A stretch of DNA of 64,000 nucleotides from Bacteroidetes bacterium GWB2_32_14. Its GTDB lineage: Bacteria > Bacteroidota > Bacteroidia > Bacteroidales > UBA12077. The position numbers and the translations under genes are program-made. Under the pieces are notes generated by a model that was not told the origin of the DNA, did not search any database, and saw nothing but the letters and a program-made list of their open reading frames with translations. The stretch is taken from contig MENK01000001.1 in NCBI GenBank assembly GCA_001768235.1, positions 306,057 through 370,056 on the forward strand. Direction: 5' to 3'. Positions 56,494-64,000 of this stretch are shown one piece after another; positions within the stretch are counted from its first letter, which is position 1; each line of letters opens with the position of its first letter.

Positions 56494-59400
56494 ATGAAAA
56501 ACATTAAACTTACAGGTTTAGAAGTAGCAGTAATTGGTATATCGTGCCGCTTTCCCGGGGCAAATAATTTGCAGGAGTATTGGAATAACTTAAAAAATGG
56601 AGTAGAATCAATTACATTTTTTACCGACGAAGAACTAAGAAAAAGTGGTATTGATGAAAAATTAATACAAGACCCCGATTATATCAGGGCTGCAGGGGTT
56701 TTAGAAGATAATACTTGTTTTGATTCATCATTTTTTAACTATACCCCTAATGAAGCAGAAGTGATGGATCCACAAATACGAATTTTTCATGAATGCGCAT
56801 GGAATGCTCTTGAAGATGCTGGTTATAACCCAGAGAAGTACACTGGCAGAATAGGATTATATGGTGGTGCTTCGCCTCAGTTTAAATGGGAAGTATTTTC
56901 TGAGTTATCAGGAAAAAATAAAGAAGTTGGTCAATTATATGCAAAATATCTTACTAATAAAGATTTTCTTTTTGGATTAATTTCATATAAACTCAATTTA
57001 AAGGGGCCATCATTTGCTTTTTATACTGCTTGTTCAACTTCATTAGTGGCCGTTCATCTTGCCTGCCAATCTCTAATAAATGGGGAATGTGAGATGGCAT
57101 TAGCTGGTGGAGTAACAAGTAGCAATTTTGCAAATGAGGGATACGAATATATGGAGGGAATGCATAATTCTGCAGATGGCCATTGTCGTACTTTTGATGC
57201 CGGCGCTACAGGTATGTTAGCAAGTGATGGAGCCGGAATTGTTGTGTTAAAAAGATTGGAACAAGCGATCGACGATAAAGATCATATTTATGCTATAGTG
57301 AAAGGGTCGGCCATAAATAATGATGGAAATGATAAGATTGGATTTGCTGCACCAAGTATAGCAGGGCAGTCAAAAGTTATTAAAGATGCCATAAAAATGG
57401 CGAATATTAAACCGAATGAAATTACATATGTTGAAGCTCATGGTACGGCAACAAAACTTGGTGATCCAATTGAAATAAATGCCTTAAAAAAGGCATTTAA
57501 CACCCAACAACAACAATTCTGCAGGGTTGGTTCTGTTAAAACAAATATTGGACATTGTGATAGTGCTGCAGGAATAGCCGGTTTTATTAAAGTAGTACTT
57601 TCTTTAAAAAACAAGCTTATTCCGCCGAACCTTCATTTTAAGGTTCCTAATCCTGAAATTGATTTTGAAAACAGTCCATTCATTGTTAATGATAAACTTT
57701 ATGAATGGAAAACAAATGAAGAGAAGGAGCGAATTGCCGGGGTAAGTGCTTTTGGAATTGGAGGAACGAATGCACACGCTATATTGTCGGAATTTATTGT
57801 CGATTATAAAACTTCATTGCCCAATATTCATTCACAATTAATTTGCATTTCAGCTAAAACACCGGAAGCTCTGGTTCGAATGTCAAATAACTTATCTAAG
57901 TATCTATTTGATAATCCCGATATTGACCTTGAACGGATAGCATATACTTTAAATATAGGCAGAAAGGAATTTGAATATAGAAAGATAATGGTTGCTGATA
58001 ATACAAGCCATTTAACAGAGATATTGAAAAACCAGCCTTTACAACCAGCCGATATTTCGTTTATACATCCCAATATAGTTAGAACCAATATTTTTGTATT
58101 TAGTGGTCAGGGATCTCAATATATTAATATTGCTAAAGAAATTTATAAAACACAACCTATTTTTAAAAACTCTGTTGATAATTGTTGTGCAATTATTAAT
58201 AAACTTTTAAATATTGAATTTCAGTCGATTTTGTTCCCCGGGGAAGATACAGAAGAAGCAAGAGAATTATTAAACAATATCCATTATTCGGGTCCTGCCA
58301 AATTCATTATAGAATATTCTGTAGCCCAACAATTAATGTTTTTAGGAATCCAGCCAAGCGGAATGATTGGGCATAGTTTTGGAGAATATGCAGTGGCATG
58401 CTTGGCGGGAGTCTTTTCTTTAGAAGACGCCCTTACTTTGATTGTGAAGCGAGCGATTGTAATGGAAAAATCCCCTGTAGGCAAAATGATGAGTGTACCT
58501 CTTTCTCCTGAAGAAATAAAACCCTATTTAAATGATAAATTATCACTGGCAGCTGTAAATACCCCAGATCTTTGTATTGTTTCCGGAGCAGTAAAGGAAA
58601 TGCTTGAGTTTGAACAAAAAATACAAAATAATGGAATTGAAGGTTTATGGATCAATTATCCTAGAGCAAGTCATTCAAATTTGATGTTAGAAGTATCTAA
58701 CGAGTTTAAACAGGAAGTTATGAAAATAACACTTAGTTATCCTGTATTGCCTTATATTTCCGGACTTACGGGTACATGGATAACTAATGAACAGGCAATT
58801 GATCCTCAATATTGGGCAGACCATCTTGTAAAGTCAATTCTCTTTTCTCAAGGTATTCAAGAACTAATGAAGCTTGAACACCCTGTTTTTATTCAGGTTG
58901 GAGGAGATAAAGGATTACCCTTAATTATTCAACAACATGCTAAAAAGGAAAAGGAAATAACTGCCCAAAGTATGTTGCGACACAAAAACGATTATCTGAC
59001 TGATTATAATTTTTTCTTATCTCAACTGGGAGAACTGTGGAAAAACGGGGTATTTATTGATTGGGGAAAATTCTATTTAAATCAATCAATACATCGGGTA
59101 AATCTTCCCGGATACTCTTTTGAAAAAAATTTATTTTCTTCTTGTCTGGATATTGAAAGGATTGATATTTTTCCACAATCTACAAATCAACCAGATAGCT
59201 CCAAATGGTTTTACATCCCTTCATGGAAAAAAACACTTTCTTGTCAAAATGAAAGATACCAAAAGCCTAAAACATGGCTTGTTTTTATTGATGATTATGA
59301 TTTTGGAAATATACTCACCGAAAAACTAAGGAAAGATTCAAATATTGTTATTACAGTAAAAAAAGCAAGTTCTTTCAGAATAATCAATGATAAAGAGTAT

Positions 59401-62046
59401 GAAATAAATATTAATAATACAAATGATTATGAATTATTAATTACTCATGTTATTAAAACACATGTAATACAGGAAATAATTTATTTATATACACTTCAGG
59501 AAACCAATCAAGAAGAACTTTCATTAAAGAACTTGGAACAGAGACTTTCTATAAGTTATTTTGCACTATTAAAAATTGTACAATCAATTGGAAATATTTC
59601 AATAGACAATCAGATAAATATATCAATTATTACAGGTAACTCGCAGGAAATCATTGGGAATGATTTATTTTTTCCTGAAATAGCAACTGTTCAGGGGCCT
59701 GCAAAAACCATACCTATTGAATATAATAATATTAGCTGTAGGACAATTGATGTCGATCTCAGAAATGACAAAGCACAGTTAGCCGAAGATTTAAATATTG
59801 AATTAAAAACAATTATAAAAGATAAAGTTATTGGATACAGGAATGGGCAACGATGGATTCAATGTTTTGAGAATGTTGAAATTAAAGAAGACAATTCGAT
59901 TGATTTCTCGACAATAAAACCTAATGGAGTATATTTAATTACGGGAGGTTTAGGCGGTATTGGTTTTGTTTTATCTGAATATCTTTTAAAAGAATACAAT
60001 GTAAATTTAATACTTACAGGGAGAACCGCATTGCCTGAACGAAGTTCAAACGGAACATATAATAAGTCAGCTATTTCAGATAAAAAAGTCTTAAATCGGC
60101 TAAAACGTTTGGAAGAACTTGAAAAATATGGGAAAACGATACAATATTATAACTTAGATGTATCAGAAATTGATGAAATGGAGCAAATGGTTGTTTCTAT
60201 CCATAATATCCATGAGCGAATCGATGGATTATTCCACTTAGCAGGAGAACCTGATGGTAAAATTATCCAGATGAGATCAAAAAAAGATGATGATAAAGTA
60301 TTTAAATCAAAGATTAAAGGAACACTGGCCCTGGAAAGTTTAATTAATCAATTCGATATTGATTTTATAATTTATAGTTCATCCCGAAATGCAATTATTC
60401 CCGCCATAGCTCATGTTGGACATACTTCTGCAAATGCATTTTTAGATACATATGCACATTATCAAAATGAATTCTCTAAAAAGAAAATAAGAACTTCTAT
60501 TAATTTTAATAGTTGGAGTGAGATTGGCCAGGCAAAGGAATCAATCCAAAAGTTGTCAAATAATCAATCTGACAATATTTACAGGCAAGAACTATTTCAT
60601 CCGCTTTTTAAAAATAAAATTAAGTATGATAATTTAAGTATTTATGTATCACACTTTTCAAAAAAATCATGGTTTTTAAATGAACACAGAATTGACGATC
60701 AGTTAGTTCTGCCAGGAACAGCATATTTGGAATTAGCGAGAATGGCTTGCGAACATGAGTACATGGCCCAATCAATAACTCTCTCTGACATTTGTTTTTT
60801 ACAGCCTCTTATATGCGGTGATTCGGAAATTAAAGAAATAAGAGTTATCATTAAGAAACTCGAACAGGATAGTGAATTTGTAATTATTAGTGATAATAAA
60901 TCGGGATTATGGACAGAACATTGCATCGGCAAACTGGCAATTCACGAAGAATTACTTTCCCCAAAAATAAATATTGAAGAAATTCAAATAAACCCAAAAA
61001 CTAAATTAACACAAAAAGAAAATACCCGGCACATAGAAAGCAATTCAGGTATTAAGCAATTTGGAGAAAGATGGCAATGCATTACGAATGAAGAAGAATA
61101 TGATAATAAAGTCATAAAATTTCTTGAGTTGCCATTAAAGTTTATTGATGATTTCAAGGAGTTTAAGTTACATCCATCTTTGTTGGATTGTGCCTTAGGA
61201 ACCTCAGTTGAGTCTGGATTTTATTTACCTTTCATGTATCGAAATATTAGAATTTATAATTCTTTACAACAAAGTATTATTAGCATTATTTCAAATATTA
61301 AATTAAACGAAGGCAATAAAAAATCAATTACATGCGATATTCGTATTTGCGATAAAAGGGGTAATGTTTTAATAGAAATTGATGAGTATACAAGGGTAAG
61401 TATTTCTATGCCTAAAGATATCAAACAAATTACACATCCAACAACTCTAAATCAAAAGAAAAACTCATTAATAGTTGAAGAAATGATTGAGCATGATGAA
61501 TCATTTCTCAAAACAGTAGGTAGAGATAATTTTAATAAAGAATCATTAACTAATAGTGAAGGAATAGGGATATTTAGAAAAATATTAAAACTTAATAAAC
61601 GGCCACATCAGCTAATTATATCAAAAAGTGATTTCAGAAAAATTTTAGAAATAGATAATATTAAGAAAGATAAAGCCTTTGATATACAAAAACCATTATC
61701 GGTATCGAATAATAAAATCAAAAAGCAAAGACCCCTATTATCAAATGAATATATTGAACCCAATACTAAAATTGAGAAAGAAATTATTGAAATTATTCAA
61801 GAATACATGGGTTACGACAAGATAGGAATAAATGATAGCTTTTTTGAACTTGGTGGTGATTCATTAAAAGCTGTGTTTGTGATTAATGCCATTCATAAAA
61901 TATATAAAATTAAAATTCCTATAACCGAATTTTTTAAAGAACCAACTGTTTATAGCCTGGCTTTGAGAGTAGAAATGCTTATAAATCATAATGATATATT
62001 TGAATTGAATACTCAGGCTCAGACTCAAGAAGAAATTATAATATAA
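56494..62046 (+). CDS. Type I cis-AT PKS module with the atypical order KS-AT-KR-DH-ACP (1850 aa)
   Basis: KS: TACSTSLVA (Cys codon 57031..57033), EAHGTATKLGDP, KTNIGHCDSAAG. AT: GHSFGE (Ser codon 58375..58377) and RASHS (58663..58674). KR: ITGGLGGIG (59944..59964), with GHTSANAFLD where YAAAN is expected (60421..60435). DH: HRIDDQLVLPG (His codon 60685..60687) and HPSLLDCAL (61171..). ACP: FFELGGDSLKAV (Ser codon 61861..61863). Confidence 0.95.
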   Translation: MKNIKLTGLEVAVIGISCRFPGANNLQEYWNNLKNGVESITFFTDEELRKSGIDEKLIQDPDYIRAAGVLEDNTCFDSSFFNYTPNEAEVMDPQIRIFHECAWNALEDAGYNPEKYTGRIGLYGGASPQFKWEVFSELSGKNKEVGQLYAKYLTNKDFLFGLISYKLNLKGPSFAFYTACSTSLVAVHLACQSLINGECEMALAGGVTSSNFANEGYEYMEGMHNSADGHCRTFDAGATGMLASDGAGIVVLKRLEQAIDDKDHIYAIVKGSAINNDGNDKIGFAAPSIAGQSKVIKDAIKMANIKPNEITYVEAHGTATKLGDPIEINALKKAFNTQQQQFCRVGSVKTNIGHCDSAAGIAGFIKVVLSLKNKLIPPNLHFKVPNPEIDFENSPFIVNDKLYEWKTNEEKERIAGVSAFGIGGTNAHAILSEFIVDYKTSLPNIHSQLICISAKTPEALVRMSNNLSKYLFDNPDIDLERIAYTLNIGRKEFEYRKIMVADNTSHLTEILKNQPLQPADISFIHPNIVRTNIFVFSGQGSQYINIAKEIYKTQPIFKNSVDNCCAIINKLLNIEFQSILFPGEDTEEARELLNNIHYSGPAKFIIEYSVAQQLMFLGIQPSGMIGHSFGEYAVACLAGVFSLEDALTLIVKRAIVMEKSPVGKMMSVPLSPEEIKPYLNDKLSLAAVNTPDLCIVSGAVKEMLEFEQKIQNNGIEGLWINYPRASHSNLMLEVSNEFKQEVMKITLSYPVLPYISGLTGTWITNEQAIDPQYWADHLVKSILFSQGIQELMKLEHPVFIQVGGDKGLPLIIQQHAKKEKEITAQSMLRHKNDYLTDYNFFLSQLGELWKNGVFIDWGKFYLNQSIHRVNLPGYSFEKNLFSSCLDIERIDIFPQSTNQPDSSKWFYIPSWKKTLSCQNERYQKPKTWLVFIDDYDFGNILTEKLRKDSNIVITVKKASSFRIINDKEYEININNTNDYELLITHVIKTHVIQEIIYLYTLQETNQEELSLKNLEQRLSISYFALLKIVQSIGNISIDNQINISIITGNSQEIIGNDLFFPEIATVQGPAKTIPIEYNNISCRTIDVDLRNDKAQLAEDLNIELKTIIKDKVIGYRNGQRWIQCFENVEIKEDNSIDFSTIKPNGVYLITGGLGGIGFVLSEYLLKEYNVNLILTGRTALPERSSNGTYNKSAISDKKVLNRLKRLEELEKYGKTIQYYNLDVSEIDEMEQMVVSIHNIHERIDGLFHLAGEPDGKIIQMRSKKDDDKVFKSKIKGTLALESLINQFDIDFIIYSSSRNAIIPAIAHVGHTSANAFLDTYAHYQNEFSKKKIRTSINFNSWSEIGQAKESIQKLSNNQSDNIYRQELFHPLFKNKIKYDNLSIYVSHFSKKSWFLNEHRIDDQLVLPGTAYLELARMACEHEYMAQSITLSDICFLQPLICGDSEIKEIRVIIKKLEQDSEFVIISDNKSGLWTEHCIGKLAIHEELLSPKINIEEIQINPKTKLTQKENTRHIESNSGIKQFGERWQCITNEEEYDNKVIKFLELPLKFIDDFKEFKLHPSLLDCALGTSVESGFYLPFMYRNIRIYNSLQQSIISIISNIKLNEGNKKSITCDIRICDKRGNVLIEIDEYTRVSISMPKDIKQITHPTTLNQKKNSLIVEEMIEHDESFLKTVGRDNFNKESLTNSEGIGIFRKILKLNKRPHQLIISKSDFRKILEIDNIKKDKAFDIQKPLSVSNNKIKKQRPLLSNEYIEPNTKIEKEIIEIIQEYMGYDKIGINDSFFELGGDSLKAVFVINAIHKIYKIKIPITEFFKEPTVYSLALRVEMLINHNDIFELNTQAQTQEEIII

Positions 62047-62315
62047 TGCCTGCTTTAGATTTATTAAATGGGACCCTTCTAAATTTTATATTCTTTTGGG
62101 CTTTGATTTATCCTTGTTTTAACCTGGAAGTATAATAGTCAAATTTATTTTAGAGTAATAACTAAAGATCGCTTTGTTTATAACTTACTAATTTAAGGTA
62201 CCCCGAGAACTGATAATTTCTTTACGAAAAAATCTATAAACCAAAGTAAGATTAAGCAGTTTAGAAAAAACATATTCAAATATTTTCTTCATTTGAATGA
62301 ATTTAACCAAATTAC

Positions 62316-62477
62316 ATGAGTATATACCAACTATTACTTGAACTAAAAAAACAGAATATAAATATTCAACTTTATAATGGAGATTTAAAACTACAAGCTC
62401 CAAAAGGTGTTTTGTCTCCCAACCTTGTAAATGAGATTAAGAAGAATAAGCAAGAGATAATTACATTTTTATCTGAG
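62316..62477 (+). other. TubC-type N-terminal (beta-hairpin) docking domain
   Basis: MSIYQLLLELKKQNINIQLYNGDLKLQAPKGVLSPNLVNEIKKNKQEIITFLSE follows the TubC_N pattern: L..L...gv.L...g..L..qAP.G.L.p.L...i...K.Eii.fL. Confidence 0.7.
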
Positions 62478-64000
62478 TCCCTAATAGAGGATACACGAGG
62501 TGAAATAGCTATTGTAGAAAAGAAAGAATATTACGAAATGTCTTCGGCTCAGCATAGATTGTACTTTCTGCATCAGTTGAATCCAATTTCTTTATCATAT
62601 AATGTTCCGGAATTTGTTAGGTTAGAAGGGAAATTAGATAAAGAAAGACTTGAAGATTCATTTAAAGGACTTATTCAATTACAAGAAAGCTTGAGAACAT
62701 CTTTTATTTTAGTCAATAATACGCCAAAGCAGAAAATATCAGATAAAGTTGATTTTAAATTGGAGTATTATAAGGAAAATGAAAATGCAGACTCTTTTGT
62801 AAAAGAATTTGTTCGTCCTTTTAATTTAGGCCATGCACCATTGTTTAGGGCCGGATTAATAGAAATAACTCCGGAAGATCATATTTTAATGGTTGATATT
62901 CATCATATAGTTTCTGATGGTAGTTCAAATGGTATAATGATTAAGAATTTCATGTCTCTTTATAATAGAAACATATTACCAATTCAAAAAATCCAATACA
63001 AGGATTATGCAGAGTGGCAAAAGAGCAATCATCAACGAAAAGCAATAGAAAAGCAAAAACAATGGTGGGTCAATAAATTTAATGGCGATTTGCCTGATTT
63101 AGATTTACCCTTAGATGGAATAAGACATAAGGATAAAGTAACACAAGGAGATACTGTTTTATTAACTTTAGATTCTCAAATACTAAATCAATTGGATGAA
63201 TTAGGAAAGAAGAATGGAGCTTCCCTATTCATGGTTCTTCTGTCAGTGTTCAATATTTTATTATTAAAACTAAGTAATCAGGAAGATATTATTATTGGAA
63301 CACCTTCAATGGGGCGAAATCATAGCTCATTAGAGGGTATTATTGGTATGTTTGTAAATACATTAACATTACGAAATTTTCCCAAAAAAAACATTACCTA
63401 TCTTGAGTTTCTTAATGATTTAAAAGTACGTGTGTTAGATGTATTCGACAACCAGAATTTTCAGTTTGAAGAATTAATAGAAGAACTTAAACTATCGAGA
63501 AATACAAACCGAAATCCTTTATTTGATGTAATGTTTGTTTTCCAGAATATGGACAAAGCAGAATTGAATATTCCCGGGCTTAAACTTTATCCGTATAATA
63601 ATGATACAAATACATCGAGATTTGAACTCACATTAACTGCAGTAAAAACGGGAGAAAAAATCAATTTAGCATTTTCTTACTATGCAAACTTGTTTAAAAA
63701 ACAAACCATTGAGAGCTTTGCAAGCTATTTTGAAAAAATAATATATAGTATTAGTTCAAATCCCAATCAAAAACTTCATCAGGTTGATATCTTATCTTTT
63801 GATGAGAAAAAACAAATTCTTCAGGAATTCAATCAAAATTTTAAGCAAGAAGAACCGGCAACTATTACTGATGTTTTTAATAAAATGGTTATAATGCATA
63901 AAGATAGAATTGCATTAGATTTTGGTGATTCATGTATTAGTTATCAATACCTTGATACAATTACAAGCAAGTTAGCACAACTCCTTTGCGAACAAGGTGT
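62316..64000 (+). CDS. NRPS, 3'-truncated by the window edge: docking domain-C-A(partial)
   Basis: This ORF is not in the supplied track because it has no stop in the window. An in-frame TAA at 62304..62306 is followed by the first ATG at 62316. C domain: YYEMSSAQHRLYFL, QESLRTSF, DIHHIVSDGSS (62901..62921), IIGTPSMGRNHSSLEGIIGMFVNTL, RNPLFDVMFVFQN. The A domain then starts (ITDVFNKMVIMHKDRIALDFGDSCISYQYLD). Confidence 0.9.
   Translation, partial: MSIYQLLLELKKQNINIQLYNGDLKLQAPKGVLSPNLVNEIKKNKQEIITFLSESLIEDTRGEIAIVEKKEYYEMSSAQHRLYFLHQLNPISLSYNVPEFVRLEGKLDKERLEDSFKGLIQLQESLRTSFILVNNTPKQKISDKVDFKLEYYKENENADSFVKEFVRPFNLGHAPLFRAGLIEITPEDHILMVDIHHIVSDGSSNGIMIKNFMSLYNRNILPIQKIQYKDYAEWQKSNHQRKAIEKQKQWWVNKFNGDLPDLDLPLDGIRHKDKVTQGDTVLLTLDSQILNQLDELGKKNGASLFMVLLSVFNILLLKLSNQEDIIIGTPSMGRNHSSLEGIIGMFVNTLTLRNFPKKNITYLEFLNDLKVRVLDVFDNQNFQFEELIEELKLSRNTNRNPLFDVMFVFQNMDKAELNIPGLKLYPYNNDTNTSRFELTLTAVKTGEKINLAFSYYANLFKKQTIESFASYFEKIIYSISSNPNQKLHQVDILSFDEKKQILQEFNQNFKQEEPATITDVFNKMVIMHKDRIALDFGDSCISYQYLDTITSKLAQLLCEQG

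Noticed and set aside
14246-59329. Short + strand alternative-frame ORFs (14246..14509, 19640..19876, 33346..33612, 39341..39535, 59120..59329).
   Set aside because: They are embedded out of frame within NRPS, rSAM, ROK and PKS genes whose own frames carry the conserved motifs. There is no independent evidence for them.
431-62403. All minus-strand ORFs in the track (60-118 aa; for example 34610..34966 at 118 aa, 2182..2457, 7283..7549, 30661..30945, 62188..62403).
   Set aside because: Each lies antisense inside, or overlaps the start of, a long + strand gene with strong family motifs. Their translations are low-complexity and I recognise no motifs in them. Such ORFs are expected by chance in AT-rich DNA. 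62188..62403 is partly intergenic but overlaps the start of the docking-domain NRPS and shows no recognisable features.
1-64000. CRISPR arrays, tRNA/rRNA genes, transposases, integrases, and long direct or terminal inverted repeats.
   Set aside because: None recognised. The only repetition seen is the expected protein-level similarity between NRPS/PKS modules and the two rSAM/U32-like cassette copies.

Overview
The window is visibly AT-rich. Every credible gene is on the + strand, in one tightly packed co-directional array that runs off both window edges. It is a single giant hybrid NRPS-PKS biosynthetic gene cluster. By eye I count 10 adenylation (A) domains, 10 full condensation (C) domains, 1 epimerisation (E) domain, 12 carrier domains and 2 cis-AT PKS modules. 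I see no thioesterase, so the assembly line continues outside the window. The protein order reads as collinear: [..A-T-E] -> [C-T*-C-A-T-C-A-T-C] -> [C*-A-T-C-A-T] -> [KS-AT-KR-ACP] -> stand-alone C -> [C*-A-T-C-A-T-C-A-T-C] -> [C*-A-T] -> [KS-AT-KR-DH-ACP] -> [docking-C-A..]. Here C* is an N-terminal half condensation domain without the catalytic His motif, and T* is a degenerate carrier domain. Five things stand out. (1) A two-gene cassette, a cobalamin-type radical SAM (rSAM) enzyme plus a U32-peptidase-like Fe-S/TIM-barrel protein, occurs twice. A third B12-type rSAM with a PqqD/RRE-like N-terminus is also present. I recognise no O2-dependent tailoring enzyme. (2) Seven proteins from four unrelated families end in the same acidic-aromatic tail (D/N-F/Y-x-F/L-COOH), and each sits upstream of a C*-A-T protein. 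(3) A contiguous five-gene block matches five of the seven AHBA/aminoshikimate pathway families (RifL/N/J/K/M-like). The nearby NRPS module has an A domain that appears to lack the alpha-amino-binding Asp. (4) One PKS module has the atypical order KR-DH, and its KR has His in place of the catalytic Tyr. (5) A NACHT-like NTPase fused to a GT9-like domain, a TlpA-like protein and an orphan FtsX permease sit between two NRPS genes. I recognised no rRNA, tRNA, CRISPR array, transposase or integrase. All family calls are by-eye motif recognition and no searches were run.
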